DNA of 64,000 nt. It comes from Acidobacteriota bacterium. Its GTDB lineage: Bacteria > Acidobacteriota > CAIWXX01. Positions within the stretch are counted from its first letter, which is position 1; every line of letters begins with the position of its first letter. Below, piece after piece: positions 16,685 to 25,688 of this stretch. Under the pieces are notes generated by a model, which was not told where the DNA came from, searched no databases, and saw only the letters and a program-made list of their open reading frames with translations. A program made the translations under genes and the position numbers. Location of the stretch: assembly GCA_040755995.1 (NCBI GenBank), contig JBFMAF010000010.1, positions 160,001 through 224,000 of the forward strand, in the 5' to 3' direction.

Positions 16685-17167
16685 TCAATGAACAGACTCG
16701 GGACGCTCCGGCGGGTCGACGGGCACCTCTGGTTTCTTCGGAAACATCTCTCCATGTCTGAGTATCTTCTCCTTGTCCCAGACCATCTCAATGCGATCCG
16801 TGACGACTCCCTGGGTATCCTTGGTCAGGTAGATGGCATCTTCCGGGCAGGCCTCTTCACAAAACCCGCAGAAGATGCAGCGGTACATGTGTATCTTGTA
16901 CACCTTTGCGTAGCGCTCGCCGTGCGAATAGCGAGCGGCATCGGTGTTCTCTGCCGCCTCCATATAGATCGCGTCGGCCGGGCACGCGATTGCGCAAAGC
17001 CCGCAGCAGACGCATCGTTCGAGCCCGTCCTCGTATCGTCGCAATCCATGCAGGGCGCGATACCGGTCGGAGTACGCCAGCTTCTCGATCGGATACTCGA
17101 CCGTGGTCGGCTTCTTGAAGAACTGCTTGAGGGTCACCCCCAAGCCCTTGAGCATCTCAGTAATCAT
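16685..17167 (-). CDS. nuoI: NADH-quinone oxidoreductase subunit I (2x4Fe-4S)
   Basis: LKGLGVTLKQFF…TVEYP, ERCVCCGLCAIACP, RCIFCGFCEEACP. Confidence 0.93.
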   Translation of the reverse strand: MITEMLKGLGVTLKQFFKKPTTVEYPIEKLAYSDRYRALHGLRRYEDGLERCVCCGLCAIACPADAIYMEAAENTDAARYSHGERYAKVYKIHMYRCIFCGFCEEACPEDAIYLTKDTQGVVTDRIEMVWDKEKILRHGEMFPKKPEVPVDPPERPESVH

Positions 17168-17327
17168 CGGTCTCCCTTTCAGCCCGTCGCGTCCGGCCAG
17201 CCCTCGCGTCCGTCTTCCGGGCTGTAAGATGTGAAGGATAACCGATCCTGCGGCGGACATTCAAGCACACCCGACGCTTGCCCTCCAGGGCAAGAAGTTG
17301 TATGTGTATTGCCGCTAGGAGGTAAGC

Positions 17328-19274
17328 ATGTCGAGGAAGGCATACACTCTGGTTCTTCTGTTCGTCGTGGCAGGGCTTGTGTCTGCACAGGAGATCGAGG
17401 TGCGGAGCCAAGTCAAGCAGGATCTGCAGCGCTTCAGCATGGAGCAACTGTTCAACACGCGCATTATTGGATCGGCCTGCTGGTCGTCCGACGGAGCGAC
17501 CGTCGCCTTCATCTCCAACATCTCAGGCCGCATGAACATATGGACAGTGCCCGCAGCGGGCGGGTGGCCTACCCAGCTTACGCTCTGCGATGAGAGGCAG
17601 AGCGAGCTGGCGTGGTCGCCGGACGGCAAGTTGATCGCGTATGTGCAGGACTACGGAGGCGACGAGCAGTGGGATGTCTATGTCGTCTCCACGGAGAACG
17701 GCGGGATCGTCAATGTGACCAATACGCGTGCGGTTTCGGAGATCAAGCCGATCTGGACGCCCGACGGAAGATCGATCGCGTTCGCGAGGAAGCCGAAAGA
17801 GAGCAGCTCGTATGAGATCTGCTATCGTGAGCTCGCCCAGCCCAAGCTCCTCGCGTTGACCTCCGGCACACCTCCCAACTTCACCAACGAGCCCGTGGCA
17901 TTCTCAGCGGACGGCAAGTTTCTCGTCTACAATCAGGTTCGAAACGACTGGAAGGACTCCAACGTTTATATCGTCGACATGGCGACGGCCAAGTCGAGGA
18001 ACCTCACGACACACAAGATCGAAGGAGTCAAGGGCGAAGCCCTGTATCTCGCCACGGGCATCTCGCCGGACGGAACGAAGGTCCTGATGACGTCCAACGC
18101 TGCCAGCGGTTACGCAAACGCCGCGCTGTTGGACGTGAACACCGGCAAGATCGACTGGCTGACGAAGGATCAGTGGGAGATCGAGAGCGGGAACTTCTCT
18201 CCGGATGGCCGCTACGTCACCTGGGTCGCGAATGTCAACGCGAACCTCGACGTGCACATCCGCGAGCTGGCCAGCGGGAACACGCAGGTGGTGCCGATGA
18301 AGAAAGGCATCAACAAACTGGCCGGCGCCCCCACGGCATTCTCCCGAGACGGGCGGAAGCTGCTCGTGTACCACGAGGGAGCCGATTCGCCCCGGGACGT
18401 CTGGGTCTACGATCTCGGCTCGGCGAAGGCGACACAGATCACTCGCTCGCTCATTGGCGGCCTGCGCGGATCGGATTTCGTGGAGCCCTACATCATCCGC
18501 TATCCTTCCTACGGCACTCTGACCGTCCCGGCACTGGTCTACGTTCCTTACAACCTCAGGAAGACGGCGAGCAGCCCGGCGGTGATCTTCCCGCACGGAG
18601 GTCCGGCCGATCAGGCGCTCAACGGCTTCAGTCGCATGATCCAGTTCCTGGTGAACAACGGCTACATCGTCATCGCGCCGAACTATCGCGGGAGCACCGG
18701 GTATGGCAAGGTGTTCGAGGACGAGAACAGGCTTGACCTGGGCGGCGGTGACATGACGGATGTGCACTATGCAGCGCAGTACGCCGTGAACACCGGGTAC
18801 GTCGATCCCAAGAAGCTGGTGGTTCTCGGCGCGAGCTACGGTGGGTACCTTGCGCTCATGTGCGCTGCGAAGGTGCCGCAGGACAACTGGGCCGCCTGCG
18901 TCGCCTACAGCCCTGTGGTGAACTGGTTCACCCAACTCCAGACCACCGACCCGGTACTGCGCCAGCACCTGCTGATGACGATGGGAGATCCGGCGAAGGA
19001 TCCGGAGGCCAAGAAGCGCTTCGAGGAACGCTCGCCCATAAACAGCACGCAGGCAATCAAGGCACCTCTGCTGATCGCGGTCGGGAGCAACGATGCGAGG
19101 TGCCCAAAGAGCGAGGCCGATCAGATCGTGAACGCCGTGAAGAGCCACGGAGGTACCGTCGAGTACAAGATCTACGACAACGAAGGGCACAAGATCTCCA
19201 AGCGCGAAAACCAGATCGACCTGATCAAACGCACCCTCGAATTTCTAGAGAAACACGCCAAAAACCGCACGTAG
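17328..19274 (+). CDS. S9-family peptidase with PD40/WD40 propeller, exported
   Basis: Signal peptide; WSPDG repeats; HGGP, GASYGG, NDARC, EGH catalytic motifs. Confidence 0.93.
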   Translation: MSRKAYTLVLLFVVAGLVSAQEIEVRSQVKQDLQRFSMEQLFNTRIIGSACWSSDGATVAFISNISGRMNIWTVPAAGGWPTQLTLCDERQSELAWSPDGKLIAYVQDYGGDEQWDVYVVSTENGGIVNVTNTRAVSEIKPIWTPDGRSIAFARKPKESSSYEICYRELAQPKLLALTSGTPPNFTNEPVAFSADGKFLVYNQVRNDWKDSNVYIVDMATAKSRNLTTHKIEGVKGEALYLATGISPDGTKVLMTSNAASGYANAALLDVNTGKIDWLTKDQWEIESGNFSPDGRYVTWVANVNANLDVHIRELASGNTQVVPMKKGINKLAGAPTAFSRDGRKLLVYHEGADSPRDVWVYDLGSAKATQITRSLIGGLRGSDFVEPYIIRYPSYGTLTVPALVYVPYNLRKTASSPAVIFPHGGPADQALNGFSRMIQFLVNNGYIVIAPNYRGSTGYGKVFEDENRLDLGGGDMTDVHYAAQYAVNTGYVDPKKLVVLGASYGGYLALMCAAKVPQDNWAACVAYSPVVNWFTQLQTTDPVLRQHLLMTMGDPAKDPEAKKRFEERSPINSTQAIKAPLLIAVGSNDARCPKSEADQIVNAVKSHGGTVEYKIYDNEGHKISKRENQIDLIKRTLEFLEKHAKNRT

Positions 19275-19296
19275 GGGCGGCCCCTCGTGGCCGCCC
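19271..19296 (+). repeat. GTAG-type REP-like palindrome
   Basis: GTAG foot followed by GGGCGGCC-cctcgt-GGCCGCCC, overlapping the peptidase stop codon. Confidence 0.45.
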
Positions 19297-19450
19297 TCTG
19301 GCGCGGCCGACATCGCGCGCGGGCGGCGCTAGATTGCTGCCCTCCTGCGATCGCAACCGGCGCGGACGGGGCGGCACCGGGGCCACCGGCCGCCGCTGGC
19401 CGGCCGCCATCGAGATCACCACGCAGGACGGCGGAAGAGTTGACGTGTAT

Positions 19451-20533
19451 CTATTCCGCCTTCATCCTCAGCGTCAGCAGGTTCCTGCCATCCTCGTACC
19501 GGTACTCTGTGGCGGAGCACCGGGCTCTGATGATCCGGGCGGCGATTTCGTTCCCCTCGGTTTGGTCGTCGAGCGGGTCATGCGGCGCCCCGGTGCTTTC
19601 GCAGCCGATCACGAGGCTGCCGTCCTTCTCGGAGTACGACAGGCTCAGCCGAATGTCCGTGAAATCGCGCTGGAGCAGTAGCAGCTCCTCCGTCATGTGC
19701 ACCACGTAGCCGGCGGTCTTCTTCGGAATTACGTGCTTGAGGCAGAAGGCCTCCATTTCGGATTGCACCGCGTAGAGATCATAGTCTGAGCCGGTTATGC
19801 GCTGGTCCAGACTGCGGACGCGGTTGATGAACGCGCGCGTCTTCTCCTTCTCCGGTGTATCGAAGACCTGTGCGGCAGTGCCTTCCTCGTAGATGATTCC
19901 CTCGTCCATGTAGAACACACGGCTCGAAATGTTGCGGGCGAACTCCATTTCGTGCGTGACGATAATCATGGTCATTCCTTCGCGGGCCAGCCGTCGTATC
20001 ACCGCCAGCACCTCGCTCACCATGGTGGGATCGAGCGCGGAGGTGGGTTCGTCGAACAGGAGGATCTCCGGGTCCATGGCCATGCAGCGGGCCATGGCCA
20101 CGCGTTGCTGCTGTCCGCCTGAAAGCTCGTCCGGGAAGCTGTCGGCCTTCTGGCCGAGCCCCACCAGCTTGAGCAGCTCCATCCCCTTCCTTTGCGCATC
20201 TGCCTTCGTCCGGCCTTGCAGCCTGATGGGGCCGAGTGTGAGGTTTTCGAGTGCCGTGAGGTGATGGTAGAGGTTGAACGACTGGAACACCATGCCCATC
20301 CTCTGGCGCATCTTGGGCACGTTGGTCCCTTTGGCCAGCAGCGGGATCCCGTCGATCTCGATCGAGCCGCCGGTGGGCGTCTCGAGCAGGTTAAGGCAAC
20401 GCAAGAAGGTGCTCTTGCCGGTCCCCGAGGGGCCGATGACAGCTATGATCTCGCCCTTTTCGATATCGGTGCTGATGTCCTTCAGGACAACCATGTCTCC
20501 GAAATGTTTCGAGAGGTTTCTCACCTTTATCAT
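19451..20533 (-). CDS. Polar amino-acid ABC transporter ATPase (GlnQ-like) with ~120-aa C-terminal extra domain
   Basis: GPSGTGKST, LSGGQQQR, LFDEPTSALDP, VTHEM; start MIKVRNL at 20533. Confidence 0.92.
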   Translation of the reverse strand: MIKVRNLSKHFGDMVVLKDISTDIEKGEIIAVIGPSGTGKSTFLRCLNLLETPTGGSIEIDGIPLLAKGTNVPKMRQRMGMVFQSFNLYHHLTALENLTLGPIRLQGRTKADAQRKGMELLKLVGLGQKADSFPDELSGGQQQRVAMARCMAMDPEILLFDEPTSALDPTMVSEVLAVIRRLAREGMTMIIVTHEMEFARNISSRVFYMDEGIIYEEGTAAQVFDTPEKEKTRAFINRVRSLDQRITGSDYDLYAVQSEMEAFCLKHVIPKKTAGYVVHMTEELLLLQRDFTDIRLSLSYSEKDGSLVIGCESTGAPHDPLDDQTEGNEIAARIIRARCSATEYRYEDGRNLLTLRMKAE

Positions 20534-22845
20534 CGGCTGGCTTCCGGTAGTGGATTCCTTTTTCTTTGTCTGGGGTCGACTGATATCTCGATCTTGCTGA
20601 GACCCCATGTGAGGAGCCAGGCGATCGAAAGGTAGATCATCGTGGCCGTGATCAGCGGGAAGAAGGCGTCGAACGTGCGGCTCCGTATGATGTCGCTCAC
20701 CTTCGTGATGTCCTGAACGGCGATGTAGCCGACGATGGAGGTCATCTTCACCATCGAGATGAACTCGCCCTTGTACACCGGCAGCAGGTGGCGCAGCGCC
20801 TGGGGGAGTACGATGTAGACGAAAGCCTGGAACTTCGTGAACCCCCCTGCTGTGCCGGCTTCCTTTTGGCCCCTGTCGATGCTCTGGATCGAGGTGCGGA
20901 ACATCTCTGAGACGTAGGCTCCGAAGTTCATCCCGAACGCGAAAACGGCCGCGATCGCGGGATTGATGTTCACTGATGCGAAGACGACGTAGTAGATAAT
21001 CATCAGGAGCACCAGCACCGGCGTGCCGCGCAGCAGCCAGATGTAGGTCGCGGCGAAGTCAGAGATGAAGAGGTTCCTGGACATGCGCATGTAGCAGATC
21101 AACGCACCCAGGATTGTCCCAAGGAGGGCTGAGAAGATGGATATGAGGATGGTGAGCTTGATACCGCCGATGATCAGGCGGTAGCGATGTTCGAGGACGA
21201 TGTTGCTGTAGAAGCGGTCGGCCACTCGCTTCAAGAAGGTCTCGGACGCCGGCACTGTTTCGACGGGTGCTGCATAGCTCGCGATACGGTCTTTCCGGGC
21301 GAGGAGGCTTGCCCCGGATTCGTAGTAGGGATCACTGAAATCGATCATCTTCTCGCGTTCCGCGGTTATGTACATCGAAGCCGTGATGATGTCGATCTTG
21401 CCGGTTGAGATCGAGGCAATGAGACTCCCGAACTGCAGGGGCACCGGTTCATAGGTGCGGCCAATGTAAGCGGCGAAGCGCCCGGAGAGCTCGATGTCGA
21501 ACCCTATCAGCTTGCCGTCATGGATCAGCCCGAACGGCATCCCCAGGTCGTTCACGACCCCCGCGCGCAAGACGCCGTTCGGATTGGCAGCCACTATGTC
21601 AGGCATCTCCAGGATGCCTTTGTTCATCCACCGGTTCACCATGTCGTCATAAACGCCGTTGGCGCGGATTAGCTTCAGAAAGGCGTTGAACTGCTCGCGG
21701 AGGGCATCGTTCTCGCTGTTGAAGCCCGCGCCGATCGGGATGGAAGAGAAATCCTTGGCCAGCACCCAGATGTTGGGATTCGTTCTCAACACGTCGGGGA
21801 CCGATGCCTGATCGTAGAACAGGACGTCGACCTTGTCGGTATTGAGGGCGACCACTTTGTCCGATACGTTCGCATACTGGAGTATCTGAGCATTCGGGTA
21901 CTTCTTTGTTGCGTAGGTATCATACACAGAGCCCACGAGCACGCCGATACGCTTGTCGCTGATATCTTCGATCCCCCGCATCTTCAGGGGGCCGTTGACT
22001 GCGGTGGCGCTCACACCGGCATTGACCACCACTGCGAGACCGCTGGGAAAATAGCTTTCGGAATAGAGGACCTGTTTGGCCCGTTCGGCCGTGATCGAAA
22101 GACCCGCGCCGATCATGTCGACCTTGCCCGCAATCAGCGCAGGCAGCATCCCGCCGAACTCCATGTCGGTGACCTCGAGCTTCTTGCCCAGCTTCCGGGC
22201 CACATAGGTGGCAAACTCGACGTCGAAGCCCACCACTTTCCGGCGAGCATCCACAAAAGCCATGGGCGCTGTGACAGCCGCGGTTCCGAATCTCAACACG
22301 CCGTTGCTGCCGGCGAGCGGGATATCGGGCATGGGTGCCGGCGCACCGCGGTCAGGAAGCCAGCGACGCAACATGTCGTCGTAGGTGCCGTCGGCCTTGA
22401 TCTCGGCGAGCACGCTGTCGATCGTTTGCTTCAGCGCCGTGTTGGACAGCTGCACGGCGAACCCGTAGCGGTCCTCTGCGACCAGCTCCTTGAGGATGAC
22501 CAGCCCTTCGTTCTGCGCTGCTATGTTTTTCAGGACCGGCAGGTCGTACACGGCAGCATCGGCCTTGCCCCCGCTCACAGCCAGCGCGCAATCGAGGGCG
22601 CTGTTGTAGTACTCCATCTTCGCGTCCGGAAAGCGCTTGAGCACAAACTGGTCGGCGGCGGTCCCTGTGGGCACTGCAAAGGTCGTGCCGCCGGAGAGCT
22701 CGCTGAAGCTGGCGATGCTTGATTCTTTCTTGCCGCAACCGATGAGTGGAGCAAGGACGACAACCAGCACCAGGAGTCGGCTTCTCTTCTTTCTGTCTAT
22801 TGAGACAACATCAGCAGCCATTCTCAAGACCCCGGGTACATTCAT
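20530..22845 (-). CDS. Amino-acid ABC transporter: tandem SBP_bac_3-type binding modules fused to permease
   Basis: Lipobox-like LIGC; two GFD(V/I)E…GK(V/I)D…ITAER segments; permease RGTPVLV…SIDRGQKEA…LPQA. Confidence 0.9.
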   Translation of the reverse strand: MNVPGVLRMAADVVSIDRKKRSRLLVLVVVLAPLIGCGKKESSIASFSELSGGTTFAVPTGTAADQFVLKRFPDAKMEYYNSALDCALAVSGGKADAAVYDLPVLKNIAAQNEGLVILKELVAEDRYGFAVQLSNTALKQTIDSVLAEIKADGTYDDMLRRWLPDRGAPAPMPDIPLAGSNGVLRFGTAAVTAPMAFVDARRKVVGFDVEFATYVARKLGKKLEVTDMEFGGMLPALIAGKVDMIGAGLSITAERAKQVLYSESYFPSGLAVVVNAGVSATAVNGPLKMRGIEDISDKRIGVLVGSVYDTYATKKYPNAQILQYANVSDKVVALNTDKVDVLFYDQASVPDVLRTNPNIWVLAKDFSSIPIGAGFNSENDALREQFNAFLKLIRANGVYDDMVNRWMNKGILEMPDIVAANPNGVLRAGVVNDLGMPFGLIHDGKLIGFDIELSGRFAAYIGRTYEPVPLQFGSLIASISTGKIDIITASMYITAEREKMIDFSDPYYESGASLLARKDRIASYAAPVETVPASETFLKRVADRFYSNIVLEHRYRLIIGGIKLTILISIFSALLGTILGALICYMRMSRNLFISDFAATYIWLLRGTPVLVLLMIIYYVVFASVNINPAIAAVFAFGMNFGAYVSEMFRTSIQSIDRGQKEAGTAGGFTKFQAFVYIVLPQALRHLLPVYKGEFISMVKMTSIVGYIAVQDITKVSDIIRSRTFDAFFPLITATMIYLSIAWLLTWGLSKIEISVDPRQRKRNPLPEASR

Positions 22846-23148
22846 GCCTGCACCCTCCTGGATGTGACCGGATACAGATGATCTTTTCCACAACACACAG
22901 CCAAGAGGGCGCCGACATCGTAAGGACATGCGACCTGGTTAGTCAAGCCGTCTGCTAAACAGCGCGACGCAAATCGCGCTGTATGCGGGTGGGGGTCTCG
23001 GGGGAAGCCTCGCACGACGGTGCGGCCGCAGATGCAAGGCCTGAGGCCATGCCCGCGAAAGCGGGCGCCCCCCGTGGCCGTCGGCCCGTTCCGTCACCGT
23101 TCGTCTGCTATCATGGTATGATCGAGGTGCATACGGCCGGAGGTGACT

Positions 23149-24426
23149 ATGAGCATGGTCAAGAGACTCGCCATTCTTGTGGGTGGGGGACCGGCGCCGG
23201 GGATTAACAGCGTGATCGGGAGCGCGACGATTCGGGGCGCGCTCTCGGGTGCCGAGGTGATCGGTATCCATGACGGCTTCAAGTACATCATGGAAGGCAA
23301 TATCGATCATGTGGAGACGCTGACGATCGACGACGTGAGCCGGATCCATTTCCGCGGCGGCTCGCACATCGGGATCAGCCGTGCCAATCCGACGAAGAAC
23401 GAGCGGCACCTTGAGAACTCGGTCATCTCGCTGCTCCGGCTTAACGTCGACAAGCTCATCACGATCGGCGGCGATGACACGGCGTTCTCCGCGTGCAAGC
23501 TGGAGGAGCGGAGCAAGGGGCGGATTCGGGTGGTACACGTCCCGAAGACGATCGATAACGACCTGGACCTTCCGCGCGACATCAACACATTCGGCTACGA
23601 AACGGCGCGGCACATCGGTGTTGAGATCGTCAAGAACCTGATGGTGGACGCGCGGACGACGTCGCGCTGGTACTTCGTCGTCACGATGGGCCGGAAGGCC
23701 GGCCATCTGGCGCTCGGTATCGGAAAGGCCGCCGGCGCGACGTTGTCGCTGATCCCGGAGGAGTTCGCCGGGAGAGTGCGGATGAAGAAGGTGGTGGATA
23801 CGCTGGTCGGAGCGATCATCAAGCGGCTGAGCTACGGCCGGCAGGATGGAGTGGCGGTGCTGGCGGAGGGGCTGGTGGAGGCGATGGATGCAGAGGACCT
23901 CCGCGAGCTCGAAGGTGTCGAACGCGACACACACGGCAACATCCGGATCGCAGAGATCAACTTCGGCGAGATTCTCAAAGCGAAGGTGCTGGAAGGGCTG
24001 AAGCGCTTCAACCTGAAGACGACTATCATCACGAAAAACATCGGCTACGAGCTCCGCTGCGCCGATCCGATTCCTTACGACATGGAGTACGCCCGCGACC
24101 TCGGGTACTGCGCGGCGAAGTACTTGGACGAGGGCGGTAACGCCGTGATGATCACGATTCAAGAGGGGCTCTTCAAGCCGCTGCTCTTCTCGGAGATGCT
24201 CGATCCGAAGACCGGCAAGACGCGTGTGCGCATGGTGGACACCGATTCGGAGCGCTACAAGATCTCGCGCCGGTACATGATCCGGCTGCGGCGGGACGAT
24301 TTCGAGGACCCGCATGAGCTGGCGAAATTCGCGGCGACAGCAGGGATCTCGATCGACGAGTTCCGCGCCGAGTTCGAGCACCTGGTGGAGGACGAGCCGC
24401 CGCCCATCCACCTGGCCTTAAGATGA
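23149..24426 (+). CDS. pfp: Phosphofructokinase, probably PPi-dependent
   Basis: GGGPAPGIN, GGDDT (Asp at the PPi-type position), PKTIDND, MGRKAG, GYELR. Confidence 0.88.
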   Translation: MSMVKRLAILVGGGPAPGINSVIGSATIRGALSGAEVIGIHDGFKYIMEGNIDHVETLTIDDVSRIHFRGGSHIGISRANPTKNERHLENSVISLLRLNVDKLITIGGDDTAFSACKLEERSKGRIRVVHVPKTIDNDLDLPRDINTFGYETARHIGVEIVKNLMVDARTTSRWYFVVTMGRKAGHLALGIGKAAGATLSLIPEEFAGRVRMKKVVDTLVGAIIKRLSYGRQDGVAVLAEGLVEAMDAEDLRELEGVERDTHGNIRIAEINFGEILKAKVLEGLKRFNLKTTIITKNIGYELRCADPIPYDMEYARDLGYCAAKYLDEGGNAVMITIQEGLFKPLLFSEMLDPKTGKTRVRMVDTDSERYKISRRYMIRLRRDDFEDPHELAKFAATAGISIDEFRAEFEHLVEDEPPPIHLALR

Positions 24427-24482
24427 TTGGTCCACGGTTCAAAGTTCAAGGTTCCCGGTTCCCGGAGCTCTAGCGTGATCGC

Positions 24483-24517
24483 TTCTCCGTTTCCCCGATT
24501 CTCCGTTTCCCCGATTC
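24483..24517 (+). repeat. Short tandem repeat (ttctccgtttccccga x2), preceded by a ggttcaa-type heptamer run
   Basis: Read directly from sequence. Confidence 0.7.
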
Positions 24518-24551
24518 GATCGCGCCCTGATGCAGCCCCCCGGATGCAACT

Positions 24552-25064
24552 ATGCTTGAGCGAATAGTCTCGGGCGGCCAGACCGGTGTCGACCGGGCCG
24601 CGCTGGACGCGGCGATGGAGGCCGGGTTTCAGCATGGCGGATGGGTTCCACTAGGGCGGCTGGCGGAGGACGGTAGAGTGCCAGACCGGTACAAGATGCG
24701 CGAAGTAGCGGTTTCGGCTTATCCAGTGCGCACCGAACGAAACGTTATGGACTCCGACGGCACGCTGCTCATCACACTCGATGAGCTCGACGGCGGCACT
24801 GCGCTTACTGCGCAGCTCGCCGAGAAGCACGGGAAGCCTCTCTACATCGTGCGCCGCGGTTGGACTCAGGAGACGATCGATCGTGTCCGCGAATGGATCG
24901 TCGAGAAACAGATTCGAACGCTCAATGTCGCCGGCCCGCGCGAGTCGCGGTCGCCAGGCGTGCACGCCTTTGCGCTTTCTTTTCTCCGGCCGCTGTTGAT
25001 CGCGCTTCGGCCCCGCGCGTCTGGTGCGGCCCCGAGGGACCCAAAGGAGGTAGCCTCGTTTTGA
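24552..25064 (+). CDS. Putative molybdenum carrier protein (SLOG superfamily)
   Basis: IVSGGQTGVDRAALDAA…GGWVPLGRLAEDG…RTERNVMDSDGTL…LNVAGPRES. Confidence 0.88.
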   Translation: MLERIVSGGQTGVDRAALDAAMEAGFQHGGWVPLGRLAEDGRVPDRYKMREVAVSAYPVRTERNVMDSDGTLLITLDELDGGTALTAQLAEKHGKPLYIVRRGWTQETIDRVREWIVEKQIRTLNVAGPRESRSPGVHAFALSFLRPLLIALRPRASGAAPRDPKEVASF

Positions 25065-25089
25065 AAAGCGCGCGGCAGTGTCGCATAAT
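25061..25089 (+). promoter_or_regulatory. Sigma70-type promoter for tRNA-Ser
   Basis: TTGAAA-N17-CATAAT 12 nt upstream of the tRNA. Confidence 0.6.
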
Positions 25090-25101
25090 AGTGGGCGAAC
25101 C

Positions 25102-25190
25102 GGAGGGATGGCCGAGCGGTCTAAGGCGGTGGTCTTGAAAACCACTGTGCGCTAGTCGCACCGCGGGTTCGAATCCTGCTCCCTCCGCCA
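25102..25190 (+). tRNA. tRNA-Ser(TGA)
   Basis: Acceptor GGAGGGA/TCCCTCC, discriminator G + CCA, anticodon loop CT-TGA-AA, long variable arm, GGTTCGAATCC. Confidence 0.97.
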
Positions 25191-25688
25191 ACCTTTCAAT
25201 CACTTCTGACCACTTCGCGATCGGCACCTCGCCCACAGAGACGATGATCATGCATGGTCTTTGAAACAGGACCGAGAGACCTTTCCTGACCACGGACAGA
25301 AGATCAACCCGAGTGCGAGGGACTGCTACGGTAAGCCGTCATGCATGCCGCCGTCCTACTCGACGGCTCGGCCCCTGCCTTCCTTCTGATTCTCCAGGCG
25401 CGGTCTCCACCTTCGCGGCGTACGTTCGCCCTCCTCCGACTCTCCTCAAGATCCGTCTCGCGGGTAGAAGCCTGCACCCATCTCGTCCGGGCGTATTGGT
25501 GGGCCGTGGCGGTTGCGCCTTGTAGAGGAAGACAGCTTGCCTTCCGTTGCCTGAGGCCAAGAAGCAGAGTCCCATGTCCACTACTTGCTGGGTTTCGTGT
25601 TGACGGTGCCGCATCGCTTGGCTAGACTTGTGCCATCGAAGCGGGCTGGGAGAGCGTTGTTCCTCCCTGCCCTCAGTTCTGGAGAACG

